From Naegleria gruberi (lineage: Eukaryota): a stretch of DNA of 64,000 nucleotides. The position numbers and the translations under genes were made by a program. Positions 1-10,700 of this stretch are shown in pieces. Below the pieces are notes generated by a model. The model did no database searches and was not told the DNA's origin. It saw only the letters and a program-made list of their open reading frames with translations. The stretch is from assembly GCA_000004985.1 (NCBI GenBank), contig GG738880.1; one strand, written 5' to 3'. The first letter of the stretch is position 1, and every line of letters starts with the position of its first letter.

Positions 1-605
1 AATATCAAACTAATTTAGTTCCATATCCAAGAATTCATTTCATGTTATCTTCATTGGCTCCAATGATTTCACGTCAAGAAAATTATTATCATGATAATAA
101 TGTTGCAGAGTTGACTTCATCTGTTTTTGAAGCTGATAATATGATGGCTAAGTGTAATCCAAGAGATGGAAAGTATATTGCTTCTTGTTTGATGTATAGA
201 GGTGATATTGTTAATAAGGAAGTTACTGATGCTGTCAAAAATGTCAAATCAAAGGCAAATATTCAATTTGTTGATTGGTCTCCATGTGCTTTCAAGATTG
301 GTGTCAATTCTCAAAAGCCAACTGTTTTGCCAGATTCTGAATTTGCTCAAGTTGACAGATCATGTGCCATGATTTCGAATAACACTGCCATTTCACAAGT
401 ATTCGAAAGAATGAACGACAAGTTTGATTTACTTTATGCTAAACGTGCCTATGTCCATCACTTTGTTTCTGAAGGTATGGAAGAAGGTGAATTTGCTGAA
501 GCTCGTGAAGATTTGGCTGCCTTGGAAAAGGATTATACTGAACTTGCTTCCAATTCAGTTGCTGAAGAAGATTCCATGTTGGATGAAGGTGAAACTTTGA
601 ACTAA
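1..605 (+). CDS. alpha-tubulin, 3' portion; the 5' end lies upstream of the window
   Basis: The reading frame is open from base 3 and reads [13 protein letters not shown]...[16 protein letters not shown]...[32 protein letters not shown]. This is the conserved alpha-tubulin C-terminal half with a divergent tail. The stop is at 603-605. Confidence 0.85.
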   Translation, partial: YQTNLVPYPRIHFMLSSLAPMISRQENYYHDNNVAELTSSVFEADNMMAKCNPRDGKYIASCLMYRGDIVNKEVTDAVKNVKSKANIQFVDWSPCAFKIGVNSQKPTVLPDSEFAQVDRSCAMISNNTAISQVFERMNDKFDLLYAKRAYVHHFVSEGMEEGEFAEAREDLAALEKDYTELASNSVAEEDSMLDEGETLN

Positions 606-992
606 ATGTTTTTCTAACACAAATGTTGGACAAGAAATTTAATATTTAAATTAGGTTTTAAATATCAACTTGTTCAAATAATTAAAACAAATAAATTATT
701 TAACTTATTCAATATTCACTCTCTATTATGCCTACCGATTATAGTTAAACTCGCAAGCGTAGCAAGAAAATTATTACTAAACTACTTTCAAGTGGTGGTG
801 GATGTGTTTAAGGAGGAGATTGATATGGTCGTAGCGAAATTTCCATTCAGGGGGTGAAGTCAGATTCTGAAATTGAATTTTTAATGAGAAATGGATGCTG
901 GTAAGACATGACACAAAATCTTTTCCAACCCAGCTTACGTGGTACCAAAGCTTTTTGTTACTTTGGGAGTATACATTTATTATGAATGTGAA

Positions 993-1051
993 GCGTCGAT
1001 GGTTTAGTGGTAGAATACGGCGTTGCCATCGCCGTGACCCGGGTTCAATTC
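993..1051 (+). tRNA. tRNA-Gly(GCC) 5' fragment: acceptor, D arm, anticodon arm, and T arm up to the T-loop. The gene is interrupted and is probably a pseudogene
   Basis: GCGTCGATGGTTTAGTGGTAGAATACGGCGTTGCCATCGCCGTGACCCGGGTTCAATTC has a GGCG/TTGCCAT/CGCC anticodon stem-loop with anticodon GCC. The 3' T-stem and acceptor complement is absent here and appears ~750 bp downstream. Confidence 0.7.
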
Positions 1052-1217
1052 ATTTTGATAGTATGAATTATTGTGATTGTGTTTCAATTTGGGAATTTCA
1101 TTTCCCGTTCTCCAACTCTATGTAGGATTTTACTTTTATTAATATTAATTCTTTTTGTTCAAATTTGTGTGCGTCGACCAATTATCAAATTGTCAACATA
1201 CTAGTACATGTATTAAA

Positions 1218-1290
1218 ATCCGTTACCCGATGGTTAATATTCAATTTGTTTATTATGTGTCAATTTCCGTTACCCGATGGTTAATGTTCT
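1218..1290. repeat. Two direct copies, ~44 bp apart, of a ~22-bp motif ccgttacccgatggttaat(a/g)ttc inside the insertion
   Basis: Read directly: 1222-1244 and 1266-1288 are near-identical. The core TTACCCG resembles a Reb1-type site. Confidence 0.6.
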
Positions 1291-1654
1291 ATGTTAATTT
1301 TGTAATATAATGTTTTGAACTGTTTCATCATGTAATGTGTTAATTCAAAGTTTGTGAACATCATCAATGAATAAATAATAAATTTTATTGTGATGACTCC
1401 CAATTAGGAAATTCCGTTTCCCTATACCCAATCATCAATATCTTTAATATTACATTATCAAAATTAATGTGTGAAATACATTTAAATAATAATAATTTAA
1501 AAAACATTGTATTAATTCAATTTCAAAATTGAATTCAATTTCCACATTAGGTAATTCCATAACCCGTTACCTAACTTCCAACTTTTATTTCCAACTTTCC
1601 AATATTTCCAACATTCAATGAAAGAACAACATTCAATGAAAAATTGAAGAACAA

Positions 1655-1726
1655 TTCAACATGATGTTTCACATCATGAATTAAAAATAATGAACAGAAT
1701 TCAACGTGATGTTTCACATCATGAAT
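1655..1726. repeat. Two tandem ~44-bp units, each carrying a perfect hairpin palindrome catgatg-tttca-catcatg
   Basis: ttcaacatgatgtttcacatcatgaat at 1655-1682 and ttcaacgtgatgtttcacatcatgaat at 1699-1726. Each has a 7-bp stem and 5-nt loop. Confidence 0.6.
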
Positions 1727-1795
1727 AATAATAAAATACAACATTCATATTTCCATCATAAAATTAAAAGTTAAATGATTCCAAAAAAAGGAAAT

Positions 1796-1815
1796 TTCAA
1801 TTCCCGGTCGACGCA
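1796..1815 (+). tRNA. tRNA-Gly(GCC) 3' fragment: T-loop remainder, T-stem 3' strand, acceptor 3' strand and discriminator
   Basis: ttcaattcccggtcgacgca complements the 5' acceptor GCGTCGA. It is followed by a TTTTT pol III terminator at 1821-1825. Confidence 0.65.
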
Positions 1816-1820
1816 AGAAA

Positions 1821-1825
1821 GTTTT
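1821..1825 (+). terminator. Pol III oligo-T terminator after the tRNA-Gly 3' fragment
   Basis: TTTTT lies 6 nt after the discriminator base. Confidence 0.4.
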
Positions 1826-2094
1826 TAAGTTCTCCCTTTTTTGTTTATTATTTTATATCACAATAAGTAGACATAGTTCTCTACAGTATTCTGAAAAATT
1901 ACCAGTTGACTTATATTCAGTGAGATAATCAACGCAGTTTTGACTCCATAGCAAACCTTTAGACTGATATTATTGCTGCTCTTGAGTTCAATTAGTTCTC
2001 CCACATCAACAAGCCAAATAATCCTTATCCTAATTGTATGAACTTGATAAAATATTAAACTTGAAATTGACAAAAAATCTCAAAAATACTTTAT

Positions 2095-5070
2095 TTACAG
2101 GGTAAGTTTGTTAATGTTATAGTCAATGCCTTGTTGCAACTTTGGTGGATTGAGTTCAAAAAGTTTCTTAATTGCAGAGGCACTTGTTCCAACTTGTTGT
2201 GGAGGGAGAGACTTCTTCGACCTTATCAAGGAATTTTCGAAAAGGTTGAAAAGTTTCAAATCACACTTGCCTTCTTGTGTTTCAAAATATTCTGGATTTC
2301 CATTCTTTACAGTTTCATAGAATTGATGGAGATCTTTCAAACTCTTAAAGATGACATCCTTCTTGGAACTTGAAGTATTAGTTGTGAAGAGAGATTGCAG
2401 TGAGGATTTGAGGCTGACCTTGAAACCATTCTCACCCTTTGATAAACTCTTGAGGCATGACTTGGTTAATGATTCTCCAAAAAATTCGGTATACTCCTTC
2501 TTCAATTCTAATACATCAATGAGGGAGGAAACGAAATGTTGTGAGTTACATGTCTTGGCATCGAAGAGTCTTGTCGAATTCCATTCACAACACATCTTGG
2601 CAAGTTTTTCAACTGTTGAGTAAACAGTGTCAATACCATAGACAGTTGCAATATCAAATGTTACAGCAGAATCTAAAAGATCTTCACTTCTCACCATTGC
2701 AAAGTCATTTCTCCATTCAATAAAGTATGGACCAACAATAACAGCAACAGAAATATCAGTTGGCATTTCAAGGGAGGAATCCTTTTGTGTGAGACTAGAA
2801 TCATAGATGGCAACCTTGACTTTGACAAATGTTGAATCTTGAGAGACCATTTGTTGTTGAGTCTTCATGGTTGTCTTCTTTGAGAGAGTCTTCTTGAAGA
2901 ACTTGGCAATGAATCTATCCTTCATGATCAAATCGAGACCAATAGTTTCAAAATATTGAGATGCAATTGGTGCCTTCAATCTCTTTAACTTTTCAATAAC
3001 GTTGGAGAGGTTGGATTTGGCTCCTTCGGTCAACTTTTCAAGTTCAGACTCTTCTACAAGTTTCATGGTTGATTCCTTATTGATAAAGTGTGTTTCTTGT
3101 ACGTGTTGTCTTTCACATTCTTGTTTGGCAGCATTAATAATTCTCAAAGCAGATCCAGAAGATAAACCCATTTGAATAAGCTTGTTCTTGCCATACTCGA
3201 ATAATTTTCTACCAGTCAACTTTTTCTTGGAGAGAAGTGAGATGATTCTATCAGAAATGAAAACGTCTCTCATCCATCTGGTCAGCTCCTTATTGTCATA
3301 GTTGAGGAAGGCACATTCTGGAATGGAAGTTTCTTGAACCTTTGAAGGTTGAGGCTTCTTGATATTCAATGAACTGAAAGCTTGAGCCAAGTCAGTTTCA
3401 TCATCGAATGGGAATCCCATACCTTCGAGTTCCTTCTTGATCAATCTCTTCAAGTATGAAACAATTCTTTCATTGAATCCTCGTCTATTGTACTTGACAG
3501 AGAGGTCCAAACAGAGTTTACCTTCAACTGATTCCAAAATACATGGTAAACCTCTCTCATTAATAACATTGCATGCTGATTCAAAGTCACCTCTGGCAAA
3601 TGCGAGATGAAGTGGGAAATTGGCAAAGAATTCAAAATCAGTATCAGAAATTGAATTGTAATGACCTTGATTACCATCTCCATTAGAACTTCCACCACTA
3701 CTACTTCCTCCGCCATTATTACCATCTCCTCCATAGGATCCATCGAAATTATTGAAAAAGTCATTTCCATAGCCATGTCCACCACCGGATCCCTGAGTAT
3801 CTAGTACAATTTGTTGAACTACAGATGGAGGTACATAGGTAAAACCAACTTCACCAGAGAAGTGTTGCATTCTTCTCTTGTGATACAGTTTGACTCTACG
3901 AGAAAGATCACCACCATTATATTTTGGAATGAGGAATGAAATAAATCCAAAATCATTTCTCAATTCAATATTGAAAGGTTCCAAAATATCGAGTGGTTTT
4001 TCACAGCCACTATCGAAAAATACTTGAATATTGCCAACACAATCCTCAGGTTTTGGTAAATTATTATAATTAAATCCAACTTGAACAAGAGTATTTTCAA
4101 TACCCATACTTGGTCTAATCCAAACAGTTTCTGGCATTGTATTTGCAATATCGTGATAGAAAATCAATGAACATATTTTGAATAGTTCTTCAGCTTTTTC
4201 TGGTGATAAATTAAACATGGAAGCGAGTTTGTTTTGAGGGATGGCATTAGAGATACTACCACCAGAGGATGGAGAAGAAGGATAACCATAATGTGATTGT
4301 TGCATTTGTTGTTGTGGTTGTTGGTGATATTGAGGTTGTTGTTGGTAGTACTGATTATTATTGTAGGAAGGAGAAATATTATCTTGCATGTATTCATTAC
4401 TGCTAGCAGAATTTGTTGGTGACATTGAATTAGATGGACTTGATTGATAACAATGTTGTGGAATGACGTAAGGAGTTGCCAAATTTGATTTCTTAAAAGA
4501 TGATGGTGAATTTGCAGTACTTTGATTATGAACAATATTAGTTGTAGTGGTAGGCACATCTTGCATAGTTGCTGCTGATTGTACCTTCTTTTGTGTCTTC
4601 TTATTGGCAAAATAGGATCTCTCGGTCAGGACGTAAATACCTGTTGTTCTCAATAGAATTGATCTCATCATTTGTTGTGTTGATGTTGATGAGGTTGTTG
4701 TTGATGATGAATTTAAACTATTAGGACTGTTGGTGAGTGATTCCTGTACTAATTCAAAGACAATTTTCAGCTTCTTATTAGCAACCTTGATTTGTCTATC
4801 TAATACAAATTCTGCCACACATTCACATGATTGTGGTGAGAAGGTGGCTACAACAACTTCCTTTTGACTTTGTTCGGCATTCTTGTAGAGAATCATGTAT
4901 CGCATGTTAGGATTTGGATTTTCGACAATGGCATTGATGAGAACTTTTTGATTTTCATACCAGGTGATTTCTTCAGAATCAACAGAAGGTGATGGTGGAT
5001 GAGCATCGACAAAACCCACACAATCTGCCTTTCTGTGGTCACAATTTGATACTTTCATAAAGCACTTCAT
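2095..5070 (-). CDS. Large (~990 aa) low-complexity protein with ankyrin-like (PLHLAFARGDFESACNV) and SAM-like (LTRWMRDVF...LFEYGKNKLIQMGLSSGSALRI) segments. It is otherwise uncharacterised
   Basis: A single long ORF. The probable start is MKCFMKVS at 5070; the 5' part of the listed ORF up to 5151 runs into AT-rich upstream sequence. It carries N/Q/S/T-rich tracts typical of dictyostelid proteins. Confidence 0.6.
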   Translation of the reverse strand: MKCFMKVSNCDHRKADCVGFVDAHPPSPSVDSEEITWYENQKVLINAIVENPNPNMRYMILYKNAEQSQKEVVVATFSPQSCECVAEFVLDRQIKVANKKLKIVFELVQESLTNSPNSLNSSSTTTSSTSTQQMMRSILLRTTGIYVLTERSYFANKKTQKKVQSAATMQDVPTTTTNIVHNQSTANSPSSFKKSNLATPYVIPQHCYQSSPSNSMSPTNSASSNEYMQDNISPSYNNNQYYQQQPQYHQQPQQQMQQSHYGYPSSPSSGGSISNAIPQNKLASMFNLSPEKAEELFKICSLIFYHDIANTMPETVWIRPSMGIENTLVQVGFNYNNLPKPEDCVGNIQVFFDSGCEKPLDILEPFNIELRNDFGFISFLIPKYNGGDLSRRVKLYHKRRMQHFSGEVGFTYVPPSVVQQIVLDTQGSGGGHGYGNDFFNNFDGSYGGDGNNGGGSSSGGSSNGDGNQGHYNSISDTDFEFFANFPLHLAFARGDFESACNVINERGLPCILESVEGKLCLDLSVKYNRRGFNERIVSYLKRLIKKELEGMGFPFDDETDLAQAFSSLNIKKPQPSKVQETSIPECAFLNYDNKELTRWMRDVFISDRIISLLSKKKLTGRKLFEYGKNKLIQMGLSSGSALRIINAAKQECERQHVQETHFINKESTMKLVEESELEKLTEGAKSNLSNVIEKLKRLKAPIASQYFETIGLDLIMKDRFIAKFFKKTLSKKTTMKTQQQMVSQDSTFVKVKVAIYDSSLTQKDSSLEMPTDISVAVIVGPYFIEWRNDFAMVRSEDLLDSAVTFDIATVYGIDTVYSTVEKLAKMCCEWNSTRLFDAKTCNSQHFVSSLIDVLELKKEYTEFFGESLTKSCLKSLSKGENGFKVSLKSSLQSLFTTNTSSSKKDVIFKSLKDLHQFYETVKNGNPEYFETQEGKCDLKLFNLFENSLIRSKKSLPPQQVGTSASAIKKLFELNPPKLQQGIDYNINKLTL

Positions 5071-5796
5071 GATGATGATGATGGTAATAGGAAGAAAATA
5101 ATAAAGATAAGGATATAGGAGAGAGAGGATGATGAATTGGTACCGAGGCAAGGCAGGTTATATAATTTAAAAAGGATCACTCAATATAAGTATATTATAC
5201 CTAGGTTGTGGATAGAGGTGATCTCTTCAAATTCTTTGTTGTTGGAGTGTGGTGTTGTTGGTTGGACACAGACTTCAAATCTTGTCTTTTTTTTATAATG
5301 TTGTGATGGATTAAATTATTGCTTCGGAACTGAAACACAAACATGTTAATGAAAGAAACTGAAGGAGAAGAGCGTACCTGAAAGCCAACAAGTCTTCCAA
5401 AAATATTGGTTGACTGAAGAGTGGCTTCAGTAAACTATCAGTTGCAACGAGTAGTAGAATTAGTTGTTGATGAGGTTTAACTTTGACTTGGATGATGAAG
5501 AAGAATGAACTGAGGTTGAATTAATTTTACGTCAAATAGTGAAAATGAATTAATATGAACTGTAAGTATAGGATAATTTAAGTGAACTGTAATGAATTAT
5601 CTACAAAGTTGTTTATTGTAGTTTGATATTTAATTATATACTCAAAGAATACACAATTCTATTCTGACTCATTTATTACCCAACCACATCTTTCTTTTTA
5701 ATACTTGTTCAGCATTATCTTAATACCCTCTAAAGAACAAGTCAAGTTTTGCCCGCCAAAATTGTAGTTTTCTAAAATACAACAATTAAAAAAAAA

Positions 5797-7716
5797 ATGT
5801 CTTCTCATCCTCAATCAGAATCTTCATCAACAAGGATTGAAGAAGAACATTGTGACAATTTAAAGATGGAGGAGTTGGATGTCGCTGTTTTAAAAAAGGT
5901 TAATTCAGTTGAGGAAGTTGTAGGGTGGAAACAAATCTCATCGGAGGATGTAATCTTGAGAAGAATTCTCAGTTTTTGTAGTTTCCAAGAACAATCATCA
6001 ATGGAACTTGTCAACAAACAATGGAGGAAGTGTGTCAATGTTGAGGGGTTTGTATTGGAAAATAATAAGAAGAATATTGAAAAATTCGATTCGGAATTAT
6101 TTCCAAAACTCTTAGCAAGACATGGCTCAAACCTGAAATCGTTCAAAGTCACAGCTTCTTACTGGGAACAAAAGAATACAAAATTGATAACACCCCAAAT
6201 ACTTGTGCAGCTGTCTAAATATTGCCCAGATCTTGAGGAGCTTCATATTCCAATGTGTCACAATCTTACAGAATCTGATATCAATCCATTGAGAGGACTG
6301 ACCAAGTTGAACAAACTTGAGAAATTGGATTTGAGTGGATGTAACCTCACTGATGATCATTTGAAGAGTCTGACTGGTCTGAGAAATATCAGGGAACTAA
6401 ACTTGAGCATAAATCGATATGTGTCAGACTTGGGAATCAAGTATCTTTTCCAAGCTTCTGATAGTCTTATTGGAAGTAAGATTGAAGCTTTGGATTTGAG
6501 TTTTACTTCAGTCTCTGACAATTCTCTTCTCTGCCTTAGATCTTTGACCAACCTTAAACAATTGCACTTGATGCAGTCCTCCATTTCTCCGAAATGTCTT
6601 TCCCAACTTTTAACCTCCGAGGGTGGCCCAACAATTGAGAAATTGAATCTCCTCAATTGCACCAACATTACCTCCTTGAACTTTTTAAAAAATTATTGTA
6701 AATTACGAGCACTTATGGTTTCCTTTTCTCAAAAGGACCAAAGATCAATCAATGATGATATTGACTTTATTGAAAAACAAACTTCCCTGAAAGAATTAGT
6801 TCTAGTTGAGGTAAATTTACTAAACTCTCCACTATTGGAAGCTATTTCAAAACTGTCACAACTTGATACACTCAGTTTGAGATGTAAGAGAATTGAACTC
6901 AAGAGCAAGCAACTTCCAGACCTCCTTTCCAAATTGACAAACCTCAAAAAACTTGATATTTTATGCGAACAAGTGGATCCTATTGAAGAAGGAATTTTGG
7001 ATATCATTTCTCGTATTCCTGAATTAGAAGCTGTTTCAGTACAGTGCCACAGAAGGGCAAAGGCCATTAACTTGTTAGATGAAATTTTAGGCAAGCTATC
7101 TCTCTCAAAAATGGGCCACGCCCTTAAACACTTCTCAGTTCAAGTTCCTGGATATACTCTTGGCGAGTCTGGTTTCAGATTCCTCTCCAAATGTTCAAAT
7201 CTCGAAGCATTGGATGCTCCAATAGGCGATAATATTAGAGTTTCTGCAGAGACTCGTTTCAACAATCTTAAATCACTTCAAATTCAACAAGTTACGCCTT
7301 CCAAAGCAATCTCTCAGTCAACATTCGATTCTCTTATCAAAAGTACCAATGGAAAGCTAGAAAAATTAGTAGTCAAATCTGGAAAAGGCCTTTTATCAAT
7401 CATTGATAGTCTTGCCATCAGTTCCCAACAATTGCAAGACTTGGAGCTAGATCTCGAGATTATGAATGGCAAGGATAATTTATGTTGCAGTCTCGATGCT
7501 TCCTTGACCTCTTTAACAAAAATGTTAAATCTTGCCAGACTTTCCCTCACAGGGTGTGACAAGTATTGGTCTATTAACAAGTCAATTGTACCTTTGGCTA
7601 GAAATTTGAATTACCTTACTGAGTTGGCCCTTCCATCAGCAAAGATTTCCTCCTCTTCACCTCTTCTTTTCGAACGTCTCTTCCCCCAAACCACCATCCA
7701 ACAATCCTCTCAATAA
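5797..7716 (+). CDS. F-box/LRR-repeat protein (FBXL-type)
   Basis: An A-run precedes the ATG. The F-box reads ILRRILSFCSFQEQSSMELVNKQWRKCV, followed by about 15 cysteine-containing LRRs (LEELHIPMCHNLTESD..., LDLSGCNLTDDHL...). Confidence 0.8.
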   Translation: MSSHPQSESSSTRIEEEHCDNLKMEELDVAVLKKVNSVEEVVGWKQISSEDVILRRILSFCSFQEQSSMELVNKQWRKCVNVEGFVLENNKKNIEKFDSELFPKLLARHGSNLKSFKVTASYWEQKNTKLITPQILVQLSKYCPDLEELHIPMCHNLTESDINPLRGLTKLNKLEKLDLSGCNLTDDHLKSLTGLRNIRELNLSINRYVSDLGIKYLFQASDSLIGSKIEALDLSFTSVSDNSLLCLRSLTNLKQLHLMQSSISPKCLSQLLTSEGGPTIEKLNLLNCTNITSLNFLKNYCKLRALMVSFSQKDQRSINDDIDFIEKQTSLKELVLVEVNLLNSPLLEAISKLSQLDTLSLRCKRIELKSKQLPDLLSKLTNLKKLDILCEQVDPIEEGILDIISRIPELEAVSVQCHRRAKAINLLDEILGKLSLSKMGHALKHFSVQVPGYTLGESGFRFLSKCSNLEALDAPIGDNIRVSAETRFNNLKSLQIQQVTPSKAISQSTFDSLIKSTNGKLEKLVVKSGKGLLSIIDSLAISSQQLQDLELDLEIMNGKDNLCCSLDASLTSLTKMLNLARLSLTGCDKYWSINKSIVPLARNLNYLTELALPSAKISSSSPLLFERLFPQTTIQQSSQ

Positions 7717-7744
7717 ATTAAGTTATTTATTCTTCATTGGAATA

Positions 7745-10700
7745 TTATTCTTGAATTCGGGTCGAATCCCATCTCTTCAAGAATAGGACGTTAAGCTTTG
7801 ATGCATTGAGATTGTACTTCTTCATGACATTGACTCTAACCTTATCAAATACAAATTGATTTGTAATATCAAAGAAGGATCTATCATATGATTCTGGATC
7901 AATGACAAATACTCTACGGTCTCCATAAAAGTGTGAATTGGCATCTACCAAATCTTGGAACCAAGGAGATTTATCAGCATGTAAACAACTGTAAACTGGC
8001 TCTGAACTAGTCTTGAATTGGAAGTCACACAAGATATGTTCTCCATTGTGGTGAGCATAACCGAACACCACCAATAATACATAGTCTTTGAAAATAGATC
8101 TGGCAGCAAAGCAAAATTGGAACATTGAGTCATCTTGTTTCACCTTGGTGGCTTCATCCAATTGTTGAATTTCACAAAAATGTAAACCTGACATTAATTG
8201 TGAAATGAATTCCTTAGCTTTGACAATTGTTGATTTGTTCTTACCAGTTCCTTCAATCTTTGGAATAGCCATTTTAAGGTGGAAAGAAGACTCGAAATTT
8301 TCCCACAATGTCAAAAAGTTTTCATGAAGTAAATTAATTGGCTTTGTGAGAACGTGAGCCATTTTGATCTTGAATGGTTGGCATCTAATTGTTACAAGTC
8401 CTTCTTGCTTGTTGCCTTCATCCAAAAGATCAATGGTTCCTGAGGACTTGAGATGTGTACATTGTATAATAATATTAAAACAATAGTGTCCAAGTTCTGA
8501 CATTGTAAATTCCAAATCAAATTCATAGGATTGATTTACAGACAAGTCACCAATATTACTTGATGCTTGTTGAGTCTTTTCAAAGAGAGTAAGTGGACCT
8601 TCGAGGCCAACTTCGGCTGTTGTTTTGAAAATATCACATGGTGAATTATTATGTACCTTAACGTGGAGGAATACAGTATATGAGTCAGGCATAACAGAGT
8701 AGGAAGCTGTTACACAGATAGGATCACTTGGTTGGGAGATAATTACAGAGTGGAACTTGGATTCAATGTTAGTTTGTCTAATCTTTGTATTGGCTGAGGT
8801 GGCTGTCAAGAGTTGTTTACCCTTCTTGAGTTGGTAGAGATCTTGTTCGTGCAAATTTGAAATAATAGAGTTGAGTTGTTGAATGCCTTCAATGTAGGAG
8901 GTGAGAATTCTTTCATCTTCTTCCGAGTAGTATGACTTGAAGATTGGGTGATCCTTGTTAAATACCTTACCATAAATAAGTTCAATATCTGACTTGGAAG
9001 CATTATCTCTTGTTATATTGTACTTCATAGCATAATCAACTTTCAATAAAGTTTTTCTGATCAAATCGGCAATATCATCCCTAGTATCGAGTTGTTTCTC
9101 CATCAACATTTTCAAATATTCAAAAGTATCTCTAAGTTTTGGAGTAAATCTCAAACAAACACTGAGTAAACAATAGAGGAGAGTTTCAATCTTTTCCTTA
9201 CTGGACATTCCACCAGAGTTTTTAAGAGTTGAAGAAATCATAAATCTGGTATGGTCAAATACCAAATCACCACTTTCTCTTCCAGCAGCTTGTTTTTGTA
9301 ATTCAACATAATTACTAAGAATACACATGGACATGACTTCAGCAAATTCAGTCTTCATCTTGAGAATGATATCCAAACACTTGTTCAAAATCTTTTGAAT
9401 CTTCTTTCTTTGATCTTCATTTGTATTGAATGATGTGTAGGATTCTCCACACAAATCTGTCAAAACGAGGGCGAACTCTGAAATACTTGCAATTAACCCA
9501 TTAGAGTCTTTCCACGTGAGAGAATTCATTGCAAATTCACAAATGCCAATTCCAACATCCAACCAAGCATGAATGAGTGAATAATCAATGGCAGAGTCTG
9601 TATTCTTTTCAACATTATTGTCATTCTTTGGTGTAAATGGCTTTTGAGTCAAGTATTCACGACACAAACAGAAGAGAAGTTCATTTCTGATTTGTTCTTC
9701 AAATTGTGATTCTGGAACAGTTACAATCTTGGAAATGAACCCTTCTCTCAAGAAGAGGTCAATTTCAACAGGTTCATTCAATTGATCTAAAAGTTTGAGG
9801 AAGTGTTGTTTTGTTCTTGTGTTAATACTGCATTGAATAAGAGTTCTGACTACACTTGATAATATGTACATTCTATTTACGTTGTCACTAACTTTCAAAA
9901 TATGTTCCACAAGTTTCACACAAACAGTATACTTATCACGAACAGTATTTAAAACTGAACAAATATCTTTCATAAGATCATCATAGAAGAAGGATGATTC
10001 TTCTCTGTATAAAAGTCCAAGATAGGCATTTGTTGCATCATCAATTAAATTATTAGTACAAGCTGTCAAATCGCTTGTCATTGAACTATCCATAGCAGTT
10101 AATAAGATACAGTGTGCTGTTTCCAAAACTGTGGCACATTCAACACTTTGAAGCATTGGTCTCAAAACATTTGTTACACTAATCATGACTATTTTCACAA
10201 TAATAATTATAATTACACTATTGTCAAAACCTACCATTATCAAAGGATGAATTGGAACGATCCAATAATTGTTGATGTGAATATTCGTCTTGTAAATATA
10301 ATGAAATGAAAGTAATTGGTCTCAAGGCAGGGTATCTTCTTCTCACATCCATACACTTGAGTCTTGACAAGAGGATGGTAAAATGTGGCTTCATTGCAGC
10401 AATCCATTGCATACTTTCCTTGGTGACAGAAATTGGCAAAGATTCCGCATGAAGATGACGAGCACAATCTCCACAAATAAATTCTCTCAACTAAATTCCA
10501 CACACACCCAATATTATTATCATCATCATCACAACAATATAATAAACCTACCACTTCAAATCCAACAAATGCAATTTCTTGATTATCATCTTTAATAGAT
10601 TTAATCACCCAATCAGAGAAATACTTTGCTGTTGATGATTCACTTGTATTTTGTTGGAAAGCTGTTGATCGTAAAGTCTCGGATTGTCTCAACGAAATTG

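Larger units (their letters stand above)
1052..1795. mobile_element. ~744-bp AT-rich non-coding insertion splitting the tRNA-Gly gene, flanked by an 8-bp direct duplication TTCAATTC (1044-1051 and 1796-1803). It has no ORF and is internally repetitive
   Basis: Joining 993-1051 to 1804-1815 across one copy of TTCAATTC reconstitutes a complete 71-nt tRNA-Gly with correct T-stem (CCCGG/CCGGG) and acceptor (GCGTCGA/TCGACGC) pairing. The insert contains degenerate copies of a B-box/3'-end-like motif (aatttccgttaccc..., gaaattccgtttccc, gcgtcgacc) and an A7 run near its right end. Confidence 0.55.

Noticed and set aside
439-633. Numerous 60-150 aa antisense or out-of-frame ORFs overlapping long genes (for example 439..633-, 3450..3785-, 4164..4610-, 19241..19642-, 54217..54546-)
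   Set aside because: They lie opposite or inside well-supported longer coding frames. Their composition is low-complexity I/L/K/N-rich, as expected for the AT-rich antisense strand. None has a domain signal.
1052-1795. The tRNA-Gly interruption could be an intron
   Set aside because: Eukaryotic tRNA introns lie 1 nt 3' of the anticodon and are <~60 nt. This interruption is 744 nt, lies in the T-loop, and is flanked by an 8-bp direct duplication, which fits an insertion event much better.
5490-5600. Short repeated motif gaactgtaa(g/t) in the 5' region between divergent genes
   Set aside because: Only 2-3 copies of a 9-bp AT-rich word are present, within the random expectation for this composition. 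There is no further structure.
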